A DNA stretch of 64,000 nucleotides from Candidatus Latescibacterota bacterium (GCA_965200315.1 OZ241362.1:3040001-3104000); one strand, 5' to 3'. Positions 1 to 10,802 are shown, counted from the first letter of the stretch. The notes: generated by a model from the letters alone, not told the origin. Made by a program: numbers and translations.

Positions 1-147
1 GCATTTCGATATGCGCGGAATCAATGGCGCGGTGGAGGACGACGAAACCGTCGTCGCGCAGGGCGGCGACGGCCTGTTGCAAGTGCTGCGGTTTTAGCTT
101 GCGTGCGCTGTGTTCGGCCGCGCTCAGTTCCAATTCGACCATAACAT

Positions 148-1137
148 TCAGGCGCAGGCGGGGTCTTCAAATGGCCAGCGATTGAAGGAGGGCAAGTTTT
201 TGTCGGACAGTTTTTCTCGTGCGTCGTACCACGATTGCGCCCAAGCCGCTGGGTCGCGCAGTTCGCATTGGGGATCTTTGCGGCTGCGGGCGACGAAGCC
301 GGGGAAGAGCGGCCGGCCAGTGGGCTGGCCGGTGGGGTTGTAGCGGAGGTCAAAGCTGATCCGCACCTGTTCGCTGACGTTGGGCAGCGACGAATGGCAG
401 GTCTGCCGGTGCATGAAGAGCACATCGCCGCGCTTGAGTTCGGCGGTGACGACGCGGTCGAGGGCTAGGTCTTGGTCGCGGATAAAGTGGCCGATGCCCT
501 TGAACAAGCAGTGGCGCAACAGCCCGTCGCGATGGCTGCCGGCTACTACTTCGATGCAGCCGTGCTCGCGAAAGGCGTTGGTCAGCGGCACCCACACGGT
601 GAGCATGTCGGTCTCGTCGGCCTCGGGCAGCACCACGCCATTGTCTTGGTGCCAAGGCGTGGCACCGACGGCGAAGCCAGCGATGCGGCCGTGATGGTCT
701 TTGGGAACATCGGACAAGAACTGCTCGGGTGGTTTGATGCGGATGTGCTGGACGGGGTTGGAGTAGATTTCCGGGCCGATGAGGTCTTCGATGATGTCGA
801 GGAGCTTTTTGTTGCGCAGCATCGCGAAGGTGGCCGGGCCAACGGCGATGGGCGAGTCCGGGCCGATGCCACCTTGGGGCAGCGAGATGTCGAAGTGCTG
901 GGCGTGAACTTGGCCGGTTTCGTTGTATATCTGGCAGAGGCGCGCATCAAAGCCGAGATCGGCGTACGTGGAGGCTATTTGCCCGGCGGCGAAAAGCTCG
1001 TTGGCGAGCTCGTCGAGGATTTCGTCGTATTCGGCCAAGACGGGATCGATGTCGGCGGTGGGGTCGAGGAGGGCTTCGACGAGGACGAAGCCGTGTTCGC
1101 GATAGTGGTCGAGTTGGGTAGGGGTTAGTTTAGGCAT
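148..1137 (-). CDS. Phytanoyl-CoA dioxygenase (PhyH) family protein
   Basis: LTPTQLDHYREHGFVLVE N-terminus, WHQD and distal His (HSS), RISFDLRY; start could be 1164. Confidence 0.9.
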   Translation of the reverse strand: MPKLTPTQLDHYREHGFVLVEALLDPTADIDPVLAEYDEILDELANELFAAGQIASTYADLGFDARLCQIYNETGQVHAQHFDISLPQGGIGPDSPIAVGPATFAMLRNKKLLDIIEDLIGPEIYSNPVQHIRIKPPEQFLSDVPKDHHGRIAGFAVGATPWHQDNGVVLPEADETDMLTVWVPLTNAFREHGCIEVVAGSHRDGLLRHCLFKGIGHFIRDQDLALDRVVTAELKRGDVLFMHRQTCHSSLPNVSEQVRISFDLRYNPTGQPTGRPLFPGFVARSRKDPQCELRDPAAWAQSWYDAREKLSDKNLPSFNRWPFEDPACA

Positions 1138-1571
1138 GGGTTGGATTCCTGTGTGATGCGTCATCGTGCTCTCGGCGGATACGATTTTGCCGTGGCTTCG
1201 TCCAGACACGCAATTCTAAAGGTGAAGGTGCTTGGCCGCAAGAGTTTCGCTCTGCATATTACAGACCGGTGTATTGCTGAACGGCTGGAGACCGGGATCT
1301 GGCATCGAAATCAGCGTGACGGTCCGCCGCTAGACCGAGATACTCCTGACTAGAGCGTCCTGCGCCTGGGGGGGGAAACGTTGTAACGCCAGCCCAACAG
1401 AGATTATTTTTTAAGGTGGTAAGATTACCGTATTCGTTCAAGAGACATGATAGGAGATGTCTGAGGTCTGGCAATGGGAGATCGCGGACTAGCAAAGCCT
1501 GAAGGCCAAAGTCGAATGCTTTTTGGGGCGAGTGACCATATTCTAACAATCGCGTTACCTTAAGAGTTGAG

Positions 1572-2789
1572 GTGAATATAGTGAGCGGTGGCTGTAGTAT
1601 TTGCGAATTAGATCTTTCGATCCTAAGGTCCACTACTCCCCCATCAGGTGACCCTTCTTGGCCGAAATTGAGAATCGCCGACCTATTTTCGGGTTGTGGC
1701 GGTCTATCGCTCGGTATACAGAGGGCCGTCCAAGAGTCGGGTTACTCCCTTGATGTTAGACTTGCAGTGGACTCAGACCAAATAGCACTGGACGTATATA
1801 GTACATCATTCCCGGCGGCAACAACAATTTGTAAGCCCATCGAACAAATATTGGACGGGGAGCTCGGTTCACCGCCCACCGTTGCTGAAGCTGAGTTGGC
1901 GCACCAAGTCGGGGAACTCGATATCTTACTAGGTGGACCCCCATGTCAGGGCCATTCAAATCTGAACAACCATTCAAGGCGCGATGACCCGAGAAACGGA
2001 TTGTACCTCCACATGGCAAGGGCGGCTGAAGTCCTATATCCATCGGCAATCATCTCTGAGAATGTTCCAACCGTCACTTTCGACGTTCGCAACGTTGTCT
2101 ACCAAACCATCGAGAGGCTCAAAGAGATTGGTTACGTTATCGGAGAGGGAGTGGTTGACCTGTCGAGTTTGGGTGTACCCCAAAAGCGTCACCGGCACGT
2201 AATAATTGCGGTGCTAGATTGCGATGTCGATCCCCAAGAACTAGTAAAAAGACTAGAATCGCCGATATGCGAACATGTTCCCAGAAGCATCCGATGGGCC
2301 ATGGAAGACCTAGAGGATGTGGCCAGATCCAACCTGTTCGACTCACCTTCTCAACCATATCCAGCAAACCAATCTAGGATCGACTGGCTATTTGAGAACG
2401 ACGAGATCAACTTGCCTAACGACTTGAGGCCTCCATGCCATAGATCGGACCATAGCTATACCGCAATGTACGGTAGGATGGTATGGGATCAGCCGGCGCA
2501 AACGGTCACTACGGGTTTCAATTGCATGGGTCAAGGCAGATATGTTCATCCTGCTTGCCGAAGAGTGATTACCCCTCACGAAGCTGCAAGGCTACAAATG
2601 CTTCCAGATTTTGTAGATTTTAGTTCTGTTACAGCGCGGAAACACCTAGCAAAGCTGATTGGAAATTCCGTGCCGCCGCCGCTGTCGTCTGCTATTGGCA
2701 GGATGGTAATTCCGTTTCTGAAAGACGTACCTCTGACTTGTTACGAATACGACATGTCAAGAAAAGGGGCAATTGACTACGGTGCCTGA
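1572..2789 (+). CDS. dcm: DNA (cytosine-5)-methyltransferase
   Basis: Motif I DLFSGCGG, IV GGPPCQ, VI ENV, VIII QKRHR, IX/X ITPHEAARLQ...IGNSVPP; start uncertain. Confidence 0.95.
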   Translation: MNIVSGGCSICELDLSILRSTTPPSGDPSWPKLRIADLFSGCGGLSLGIQRAVQESGYSLDVRLAVDSDQIALDVYSTSFPAATTICKPIEQILDGELGSPPTVAEAELAHQVGELDILLGGPPCQGHSNLNNHSRRDDPRNGLYLHMARAAEVLYPSAIISENVPTVTFDVRNVVYQTIERLKEIGYVIGEGVVDLSSLGVPQKRHRHVIIAVLDCDVDPQELVKRLESPICEHVPRSIRWAMEDLEDVARSNLFDSPSQPYPANQSRIDWLFENDEINLPNDLRPPCHRSDHSYTAMYGRMVWDQPAQTVTTGFNCMGQGRYVHPACRRVITPHEAARLQMLPDFVDFSSVTARKHLAKLIGNSVPPPLSSAIGRMVIPFLKDVPLTCYEYDMSRKGAIDYGA

Positions 2790-5022
2790 GCTTGGCTTAC
2801 AAAAAGTCCACTTCACCGTAGATTCAGAGCTACTTCGGGAGCTCGGTGAACGTCTAGTCGGCCGTCAGTACATTGCTCTTGCCGAGTTGGTGAAGAATAG
2901 CTACGATGCAGACGCCTCCAAAGTGGAGATCCGTATTCAGGACGACTGCATTGAAGTGTCCGACAACGGCCACGGCATGACTTATGAGGACTTTGAGGGC
3001 CGCTGGATGCGTGTAGGTTCGACTCATAAGGTTAAAGAAGAAACATCGCCGGAATTGCATCGACCACTGACCGGTTCAAAAGGAGTGGGGCGTCTGGCCG
3101 TCCAGTTTCTCGCTAGTGAGTTAGAGTTGACCTCTATCCCGAAGAAGACGCGAGTTCCAGAAGGTTCAATGCCCAGAGAGCTTTATGTGATGGTTGATTG
3201 GGACACGGCAGTTCAGGCGGGAGAGTTGACTCAAGCGACTGCCCTATACGACCTGAACAAACCTCAAGATACAGTTTTTCCTCTCGAAAGCCCACACGGC
3301 ACTACAGTAACACTGAAGAAACTCAAGCATGAATGGAGCCCCAAGGAATTTGAAGATCTTGCTAGAGAGATTTGGTTCCTCCAACCACCATTCCGCTCGT
3401 TGACTGGTGCTGCCAACAGAGAAGCAAGCGGTTTTGAAGTAGATTTGTCCGCACCACCGGAGGCGGTCGCTCTGTTCAATACCCAGATGTCCCGCACATT
3501 AGAATTGTATACTTCCCGTCTCGTCGGGAGACTCTTACCCCGTAACGGTTCGGGGAAAAGATCCGATAAGCGAAAAGCGCAACTATCATTGGAACTGGAG
3601 GGCCAACACACTCCGGCTTACGAATTCCAAGTTCCTGTCCGCGGCGATGATCGATATTTAATTGACAGCCTTGATTTTGAAATTCGCATATTTACGTTGC
3701 AGAACCGGCAACCTTATGGAATACCAGTACAACAAGCACGAGATTATATGCACGAATGGGGAGGTGTCCATATTTATGATGCTGGATTCCGAATCCCTTA
3801 TGCTGGGCCTGACTCGGACTGGTTAAGGCTTGAGATTGATCACTCACATCGCCTAACACAATCTCAGCTTTTACCGGACGAACTGAACGTCTCAATGGGA
3901 TTAAACCACTTGCCAACAAATTCGCGTGTTCTTGGTGTCGTAAACATCGACACTACCCACGAGGCGAGGGTAGCAGGTCAAAACAAACCTCCATCGAATC
4001 AATACTTACAGATCCAGGTATCCCGCGATCGCCTAGTCAGCAACGACGCATTTCGCCAACTCCAAGACACCGTCAGATTCGCCTTGGATTACTATGCAAC
4101 CCGTCTGGCAGTTCTGCGACTGAAAGAAAAGGTGACCATACAGAGTGTGGAAGTGCCTGAATCTCTTGTCGAAGGCGTATGGAATGTTCTGGAACAACAT
4201 GAAGACGAGGTACCCAAGGCAGTAGCGAACCAACTTAGGACGGAGCTAGAAAAGACTATAGACTCTATCCGCGAACAGTCTGAATGGACTAAGAGCCAGT
4301 CAGGGTTGCTTGGTGCCATGGCAACAGTCGGGGCAACATCTGTCGCGTTTGATCATCAATTCACCCAACAACTTAGCGTTTTGGAACATCACGCTGCCGC
4401 TCTGGACGATGCTATTAAGATAGACCCAGATTTGAAGAAATCTATTGGTTCCGTTTCCAACAGTATCAAGAAATGGATTCGAGACGCACGCGAGACACGT
4501 ATGATTTTCTCGCCAATCTCCGACGAACGAAATCGGACGACAGTTGCCCGTTTCAAGGCCAAACTCATAGTGGAAAGTATGGCCGGCAACCTGCGGGCCT
4601 TGCTACGTGGAGTGAAGGTAGAGGTTTCAGGTATCGATCGAGGCTTGTTGCTACCGGAGACTAGCTACCCGGTCTGGATGGCCATTTTCCACAACGTACT
4701 TATGAATGCTTCCAATGCAATGCTGGACAGTAATAGCAAGCGAATATCGGTGTCGTCCTTTGAGTCGGGCAAACGCCGAGGGATTCGAGTCCAAGACACG
4801 GGGGTGGGCATCGATCTGGATAAGGCGGAGGACCTATTTGAACCGCTCAAACGAGGCCTAGAGATTTCGCCGGAACGCCGGGCGTTGGGATATGGCGGTG
4901 CGGGACTGGGTTTAGCTATCGTTAGGATGTTAGCCACGGACTTGAAAGCGGACGTCCGCTTCATCGAACCAGTAGCACCATTCAACACATGCTTTGAGAT
5001 GGCATGGAGCGAGGACTTATGA
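2773..5022 (+). CDS. MORC/GHKL ATPase fused to C-terminal histidine kinase
   Basis: N-terminal GHKL motifs ELVKNSYDA, DNGHGM, GSKGVGR, GTTV; second kinase module with H-box AFDHQF, N-box NVLMNA, DTGVG, LFEP, GAGLGL. Confidence 0.88.
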   Translation: MTTVPELGLQKVHFTVDSELLRELGERLVGRQYIALAELVKNSYDADASKVEIRIQDDCIEVSDNGHGMTYEDFEGRWMRVGSTHKVKEETSPELHRPLTGSKGVGRLAVQFLASELELTSIPKKTRVPEGSMPRELYVMVDWDTAVQAGELTQATALYDLNKPQDTVFPLESPHGTTVTLKKLKHEWSPKEFEDLAREIWFLQPPFRSLTGAANREASGFEVDLSAPPEAVALFNTQMSRTLELYTSRLVGRLLPRNGSGKRSDKRKAQLSLELEGQHTPAYEFQVPVRGDDRYLIDSLDFEIRIFTLQNRQPYGIPVQQARDYMHEWGGVHIYDAGFRIPYAGPDSDWLRLEIDHSHRLTQSQLLPDELNVSMGLNHLPTNSRVLGVVNIDTTHEARVAGQNKPPSNQYLQIQVSRDRLVSNDAFRQLQDTVRFALDYYATRLAVLRLKEKVTIQSVEVPESLVEGVWNVLEQHEDEVPKAVANQLRTELEKTIDSIREQSEWTKSQSGLLGAMATVGATSVAFDHQFTQQLSVLEHHAAALDDAIKIDPDLKKSIGSVSNSIKKWIRDARETRMIFSPISDERNRTTVARFKAKLIVESMAGNLRALLRGVKVEVSGIDRGLLLPETSYPVWMAIFHNVLMNASNAMLDSNSKRISVSSFESGKRRGIRVQDTGVGIDLDKAEDLFEPLKRGLEISPERRALGYGGAGLGLAIVRMLATDLKADVRFIEPVAPFNTCFEMAWSEDL

Positions 5023-6260
5023 ATTCACTTAAGGTATTGGTCTACGAAGATCAATCCACGATTGCCAAAACTTGGGTAGATGGCATACGGAGCACTTATA
5101 GAGAGGCGGACGTGGAGGCTGTCGATACAAAGGATTTTCAGCCGCTGCTAGAGTTGGTGAATCGCCGGAGGACCGCATGGAGAGAGGATCTGAACGAAGC
5201 TTTTGAGACCGGGTCACACGATATAGATGAGGCGGACATAATCGTCTTGGACTACGATCTTCTCCACTATTCGGATGCCGCAGACATCACAGGGAGCAGG
5301 TTGGCCTATCTTCTCCGCTGTTTCTCTAAATGCGGGTTCATTATCGTTCTCAACGAATTCGGGAGAAATGTTTTCGAGCTGAGTCTAGGTAGTCCGCCTG
5401 AAGGCTTCGCCGACATACATCTCGGCGGCGAACAGATAGGGAATCCCGGTCTTTGGCAAGCTCCGTTCGACGGCTACCGACCATGGTATTGGCCGGTCGT
5501 CCCCAATGCTAGGGAGAACTTTGAGCTATGCGTAAAAGATGTTCGTGAACACCCTGACACACCGGTCCTTGGCTTCTTAGGTCTGGACCGTGTCATAGAC
5601 TGGATACCGCGGCGAGCACGGGACTTCTTGTTGGGTAAGCAAAAGATCGAAGAGGTCACATTCAAGAGCTTTGTCGAATCCGTCCACGGCGGTATTTCCG
5701 ACAAAGACACGCTTATTCCAGAGCAGATGGCACGGGTCACTGCGGCGAGGATAGTAACTCTGCTCAATTCGATCATCCTCCCAGAGCAGAGTATCCTTGT
5801 GGATGCGCCACATCTAGTATCCCGGTTTCCCAGCATCACCTTGGATCGACATCGACATAATGACGTCGAAGTGTGGAATCAACTGTGCAATCCAGTCGAT
5901 CTCGATATAGACAATTTATTGATCGAACGTTTGAAAAAGTACAAGTTCCAAAAACCGCATTGGCTCTGGAGACCAGCTTGGTATTGGCCCGAAATCAATA
6001 AAGATGAAAATATAGAAGAAGTGAAAGACCCATGGAAGGTCCCAGAAGTAGACTGGGTGTTTTGTGAAGACATTTCTCGGTTCGTACCCGTTGAAGTTGC
6101 TCAAGGCTTTAGAGCGCTCGTTTCGCCGCCGTTCATCAAGCGCTATGTGTTCAGAAGAGACTCACCGGACGCAAATGATCTCGTGAGCCAAATCGGGTCT
6201 AGAGGCCCACAGGATCCTTTCTCAGTCGAGTATGTCCCTCAAGCAATGTTTAGTTTGTAG
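5019..6260 (+). CDS. Receiver (REC)-domain protein with unknown C-terminal domain
   Basis: KVLVYED acidic pair, DIIVLDYDL phospho-Asp strand, ITGSRLA; ATGA overlap with kinase gene. Confidence 0.75.
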   Translation: MNSLKVLVYEDQSTIAKTWVDGIRSTYREADVEAVDTKDFQPLLELVNRRRTAWREDLNEAFETGSHDIDEADIIVLDYDLLHYSDAADITGSRLAYLLRCFSKCGFIIVLNEFGRNVFELSLGSPPEGFADIHLGGEQIGNPGLWQAPFDGYRPWYWPVVPNARENFELCVKDVREHPDTPVLGFLGLDRVIDWIPRRARDFLLGKQKIEEVTFKSFVESVHGGISDKDTLIPEQMARVTAARIVTLLNSIILPEQSILVDAPHLVSRFPSITLDRHRHNDVEVWNQLCNPVDLDIDNLLIERLKKYKFQKPHWLWRPAWYWPEINKDENIEEVKDPWKVPEVDWVFCEDISRFVPVEVAQGFRALVSPPFIKRYVFRRDSPDANDLVSQIGSRGPQDPFSVEYVPQAMFSL

Positions 6261-6273
6261 AAAGCCCTATGCC

Positions 6274-6918
6274 ATGCCCGTCGAACCGGCCGATAAGGCT
6301 ACTCGGGATGTCATCTTGGACATCTTGTTGATATTTTTGAAAGATTATAATGACGGCTCTTTTGCCAAACTTCTCTGCGAGGTCTATGACAGATATCAAT
6401 TGGGAGAGCTTGACGCCAATGGACTCAGATCGATGCTGAGTAAATGTCCAGACGTCGAAATGAGGGACCAGAATCAATTTCTACACCTCGAGCCTACGAA
6501 GAAGGGCATTCTACCCTTTGTAACTCTGCAAAGCTCAGACAAATGGGTCCATTTTAGGATTTACGCACTCCTCACGATCCTTGACGAAAATTGTAATCTT
6601 CAGTCCTTAGCGATCAGATTTGAGACCGACGAAGGAGATCTTAGTCTAGGAGATAGCCTTGGCTCACATGATTTCTGCCACGCCCAACTGTGCAATTGCA
6701 TCAATAAACGTGTTAAGGGAGTAACGCCTCAGTGGGTTCCAGATTCGCAGCCTTCAATTCCGCTGGACGCCGACAATCAAGTAAGTCTCGTGCTTTGTAT
6801 GCTGACGTCCCTCTACGGCGGTGCCGATGTGCGCAAAAAAATCAACGCAAGCGGTGCCGGGGAGATCCGGAAACACTTGGACAAGATTCGGGCATTGAAG
6901 GATCCCACGACCGACTAG
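6274..6918 (+). CDS. Hypothetical protein (RFETDE...HDFCHAQ motif)
   Basis: Open frame directly after the REC gene; alternative start 6232. Confidence 0.65.
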   Translation: MPVEPADKATRDVILDILLIFLKDYNDGSFAKLLCEVYDRYQLGELDANGLRSMLSKCPDVEMRDQNQFLHLEPTKKGILPFVTLQSSDKWVHFRIYALLTILDENCNLQSLAIRFETDEGDLSLGDSLGSHDFCHAQLCNCINKRVKGVTPQWVPDSQPSIPLDADNQVSLVLCMLTSLYGGADVRKKINASGAGEIRKHLDKIRALKDPTTD

Positions 6919-7103
6919 ATTTTGACAAAACGGCAAACGCGTGGCGTTCTTGGCATCTGATGATGCGAGTTCCATAAAATAGATCAATCAATACATGGAC
7001 CGCTTGACCGCCAGCACCGGGGCTTGTACACAGGCAAATTCAAAGATGCAGATAGAACGCTTTTTTGCTGATGTGTTGGACGCATAGGATGTAGTGTGCA
7101 TTA

Positions 7104-7421
7104 TTGCCGAATCCGTTGGCGGACCAACAGAGGCAGCCATTGAGGCACTTGTCCAGCTTTGCACTACGTAACAGATTCCCGATGTTGCGAGTTTCCAGAC
7201 GCGGGGGTACGCCGGTTGGCATCGTGCGTTTGGACTCATCCAGTCGAACGCGCTGCATCACCACGTACATCGCCATGCATCCCGACTGGAGAGGTCAGGA
7301 CATTGGGCGAACACTGGTTGAATTTATTCGCAACGATCTGAGCGATGCTGTCGGCGTATACAAATCCTGTGGATTTGACGTAGAACTTCTCGGCGAGAAG
7401 TCACCGTACCCCCGGCTATGA
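7104..7421 (+). pseudogene. GNAT acetyltransferase fragment
   Basis: IAMHPDWRGQDIGRTLV acetyl-CoA motif, AVGVYKSCGF; short and apparently internally deleted. Confidence 0.55.
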
Positions 7422-7473
7422 GCCATATAGCTCTTCCGAGCAAAACGCTCCTTTACCCTGATTGGAGTCCGCT

Positions 7474-8697
7474 ATGAAACTCAACCGCGACGAATTTCTG
7501 GAAACCGGCTACCTCATTGTCAAAGAAGCTGTGCCACGCGACAAACTTGAACGCGTCCGGCAGGCATACGAGACCCTCGTCAACCGCCAGCGCGAGACTT
7601 GGAAGGCCGAGTGCGCGGAAGGCGATCCACCCGGAGGCGTCTGGGAGACCGCACCGCAGCCTCGCCTGCAACTGTCAAGGGCGCCGCTCGTCAATCAGAT
7701 CGACCCGGAGACCGCGCCGGCGGTTGAGGTCTGGCTCGAGGAGAACATCCACGGAGTCAGCACAGAACTCCTCGGCATAGCGGACGGGGCCGTCACAGAG
7801 ATGATGATGATGTGCAATCCCGTCAGAGATCACGGCCCGGCCAAGTGGCACCGCGATCTCCATCCGATCGACACCGCGCCGCTCCAAGGCTATATCGACG
7901 ACATCCGCGAAGGAGGCCCGCGCTACGTCCAGTGGAACATCCCGCTCTACGACGATAGCGTCCTTTGGGTGGTGCCGGGCAGCCATCTGCGGCTGAACAC
8001 GCCCGCAGAGAACGCAGTGATGTTGGCAGATCCCCGCCGCCCGCTACCCAATGGTGTGCAGACCCATCTCGAAGCCGGCGACGGCGTCGTCTATATCCTC
8101 CCGATCCTCCACTGGGGCAGCAACTACAGCCCCAAGATGCGGCGAACCGTTCACGGCGGCTTCTCGACTTTTACGTCAATGGACGAGCTCTCGTTTACCG
8201 AACACATCTCCGCAGACGCGCAGGCGGCATTCACGCGCTGGAATGACCGCGGCGAAAAGATGAGGCAGCATACGGAATCGGCGCTGCGGGCCGTTCTCTC
8301 CGGAAATGGTGCCGCGTATCTGAGTGCCCTAGACGACCTCCATCCAGAGCGGGCCGAGAAAGGCAGGATTCTGTCAACGGTCTTTCTCTGCAAGGCCGCA
8401 CTGGCGATCCGACTGCACAAGGAGCCACCGCTTCAGGGAATCGCCGAGGACCTCCAAAGTCGCGTCTTGGGGAAGCACCCCATTACGCTCAACTGGGGGC
8501 CGAGCTTCGCCGATCGATTCTCCGCGGATGAGGCGCACTTGCTTTGGGATCGCTTCAGTTCGCTCGAGGCCCTGCTGCAAGCAGACGTGGAACACTTTGT
8601 GCCGGGCTTTCAGGCCGCCCCGATGAAGCACTGTTTCAACGAGATGCCGGCGGACTACGGTACGGCGGACTTCATCGCTAGTTGGAAGGCCGCGTGA
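7474..8697 (+). CDS. PhyH-family dioxygenase with C-terminal extension
   Basis: FLETGYLIVK, WHRD, VVPGSH, ILHWG. Confidence 0.85.
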   Translation: MKLNRDEFLETGYLIVKEAVPRDKLERVRQAYETLVNRQRETWKAECAEGDPPGGVWETAPQPRLQLSRAPLVNQIDPETAPAVEVWLEENIHGVSTELLGIADGAVTEMMMMCNPVRDHGPAKWHRDLHPIDTAPLQGYIDDIREGGPRYVQWNIPLYDDSVLWVVPGSHLRLNTPAENAVMLADPRRPLPNGVQTHLEAGDGVVYILPILHWGSNYSPKMRRTVHGGFSTFTSMDELSFTEHISADAQAAFTRWNDRGEKMRQHTESALRAVLSGNGAAYLSALDDLHPERAEKGRILSTVFLCKAALAIRLHKEPPLQGIAEDLQSRVLGKHPITLNWGPSFADRFSADEAHLLWDRFSSLEALLQADVEHFVPGFQAAPMKHCFNEMPADYGTADFIASWKAA

Positions 8698-8752
8698 TCT
8701 GATACAACCCGCGCTTGCGCGACTGGCAACATTGACCAGGAGAAAAACGAAG

Positions 8753-9772
8753 ATGAGCCAACTCAGCATCGGCGTCGCCGGGCTTGGCCACGGCCGAACG
8801 CTACTTGGGGCCAACCAGCCGGAAAACAGCACCCTGCCGATCCGCGTCACCGCTCTGTGCGACGCACAGCAAGACAAACTCGAAGCGCTCGGCCGCGAAT
8901 TCGGGATCGACGCCCTCACGTCTGATTTCGACGAACTAGTCGCACGAAGCGACCTCGACGTCATCGGTATCTACACGCCCGGCCCGCTCCACGCGCAGCA
9001 GATCCTGACCGCGCTCGACGCGGGCAAGCACGTGATGGTCACCAAGTCGATGGTGTACACGATGGAAGAGGTCGAACAGGTTGTGGAAGCCGTTGACCGA
9101 TCCGGCAAGGTGCTGCTCGTCACGCAGAGTCTGCGCGGGAGGTATGACTTCATTGAGGCCAAGCGCGCCTGCGATGCCGGCGAGATCGGTGAACTCTTCA
9201 TGGCCGAAGCCCACTACGTTCACGATCTCCGCCCGGTCTATGCCTACTCGCCGTGGCGAGTCGAGATGCCGCAGGACCTGATATTGGGCGGGGCCTGCCA
9301 CCCGATTGATCTTCTGAGCTGGTTCATGGGCGACATAGACGAAGTCCATTGCTACGGGCTGCGCAGCGGCGTCGCACCGGACTATCCCCAAGAGGACAAC
9401 TTCGTCGTCAACGTGAAGTTCACATCTGGAAAGATCGGACGCATTGCGAACTTTCTCGGCATCGTACACCCACACGACGTCCCGATGAACAGCCTTGCCG
9501 TTTACGGGACTCGCGGCACCATTCTCAACGGCGTAAAAAGCCTCGATCCCATCGGCGACCTGCCCTCGCGCAGGGTCGCCGCAGAATTCTCATCTATGCG
9601 GGGCCACGCCAGCGAGATGATCGTCATGCTGCGGCACATGGCTGATTGCGTCCTGAACGGTACAAAGCCTTGGGTCGGCGTCCGCGAGGGGGCTAGGGTG
9701 GTTGCCACAGGGCTTGCGTGTTGGGATTCGCTCAGATCGGGGATGCCAGAGAAGGTGCGGAACGATTTCTGA
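8753..9772 (+). CDS. Gfo/Idh/MocA oxidoreductase
   Basis: GVAGLGHG Rossmann start, TPGPLH, AGKHVMVTKS, CHPID. Confidence 0.9.
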   Translation: MSQLSIGVAGLGHGRTLLGANQPENSTLPIRVTALCDAQQDKLEALGREFGIDALTSDFDELVARSDLDVIGIYTPGPLHAQQILTALDAGKHVMVTKSMVYTMEEVEQVVEAVDRSGKVLLVTQSLRGRYDFIEAKRACDAGEIGELFMAEAHYVHDLRPVYAYSPWRVEMPQDLILGGACHPIDLLSWFMGDIDEVHCYGLRSGVAPDYPQEDNFVVNVKFTSGKIGRIANFLGIVHPHDVPMNSLAVYGTRGTILNGVKSLDPIGDLPSRRVAAEFSSMRGHASEMIVMLRHMADCVLNGTKPWVGVREGARVVATGLACWDSLRSGMPEKVRNDF

Positions 9773-9793
9773 CGACGTAGAGGGGAGCCCTTC

Positions 9794-10783
9794 GTGCCCG
9801 TTTGTATTCCCAAAGACGCCAAGCGCATTATGCCCGATCTGTTGCGGGACTTTACTACTGAAGTGTTGCGCAAAGTCCGTTTGCCCGACGGCGATGCTGC
9901 GTTGATTGCGCGCTATCTGGTGGATGTGGATTTGCGCGGGGTGGTTTCCCACGGTACGCGCCAGTTGCAACGGTATGTAGCTGAGTTTCGCGAGGGACGC
10001 ATTAACTCACATCCCGAAATTGCCCAAGTCATGGATGCCCCTTCAATGGCGATTTTTGACGGCGACGGCGGTACAGGTTACTTGGTAGCAACGCATGCAA
10101 CAGAGGCCGTCATTGAAAAGGCGAAAGCAAATGGCGTTGCCGTTGTGTGTACGCGCAATCACGGGCATGTGGGCAGCGTGGGGATTTATGCGCGGCTGGC
10201 ATTGGCACGCGATTTGGCGACCTTTGCCGTGGCTGGGGGTATCGCTTGGGAAAAGCCGACGCACCCCGATGCAACGGTGTGGGATGCAATGCATGCACCG
10301 CCGATGTGTTTTGGCATTCCAACGGCAGCAGGCCCGCCGTTTGTGCTGGATATGAATGCGAACATGTTGAAAGACCGCAGCAGGCTCGCCGAGGCATTGC
10401 AGACATTTCCAGATTTTGTTTTCAAGAGTTTGGGAATGCGATTTACGTCGTGGTTCTTGGCGGGCATTTTAGCGGGCACGGCGACGCCTGAATCGCGCAA
10501 TCCAAAATTCGCAAGTGCCACGCGGGCATTTATGCTGGTGGCGATTGATGTGGCGCGGTTGGGCGATTTGGAGGCTTATAAGGCAGAGCTTGCTCGCATT
10601 TTGCGCGCGAGCCGGTCGCTAAACCCCATGCCGGGCTTGGCAAGTGCCGAAGTGCCCGGCAGCTTGGAGTGGCAGCGCGAACAAGCGCGTGAGCAGAGCG
10701 GCATCCCACTGACCGAAGAACATTTCGACATGTTGCAGTGCATTGCTACGGAGATCAATGTCCCCGTTCCTTGGGAATTGTAG
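9794..10783 (+). CDS. Ldh_2 (malate/L-lactate/ureidoglycolate dehydrogenase) family oxidoreductase
   Basis: DLRGVVSHG, DGDGGTG, RNHGHVG, terminal VPGSLE...GIPL. Confidence 0.88.
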   Translation: MPVCIPKDAKRIMPDLLRDFTTEVLRKVRLPDGDAALIARYLVDVDLRGVVSHGTRQLQRYVAEFREGRINSHPEIAQVMDAPSMAIFDGDGGTGYLVATHATEAVIEKAKANGVAVVCTRNHGHVGSVGIYARLALARDLATFAVAGGIAWEKPTHPDATVWDAMHAPPMCFGIPTAAGPPFVLDMNANMLKDRSRLAEALQTFPDFVFKSLGMRFTSWFLAGILAGTATPESRNPKFASATRAFMLVAIDVARLGDLEAYKAELARILRASRSLNPMPGLASAEVPGSLEWQREQAREQSGIPLTEEHFDMLQCIATEINVPVPWEL

Positions 10784-10802
10784 TGGACGATAATGCGGCG
10801 AT

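Noticed and set aside
1210-7460. Terminal repeats bounding the methyltransferase locus
   Set aside because: No direct or inverted repeat found by eye; island status rests on composition and gene content only.
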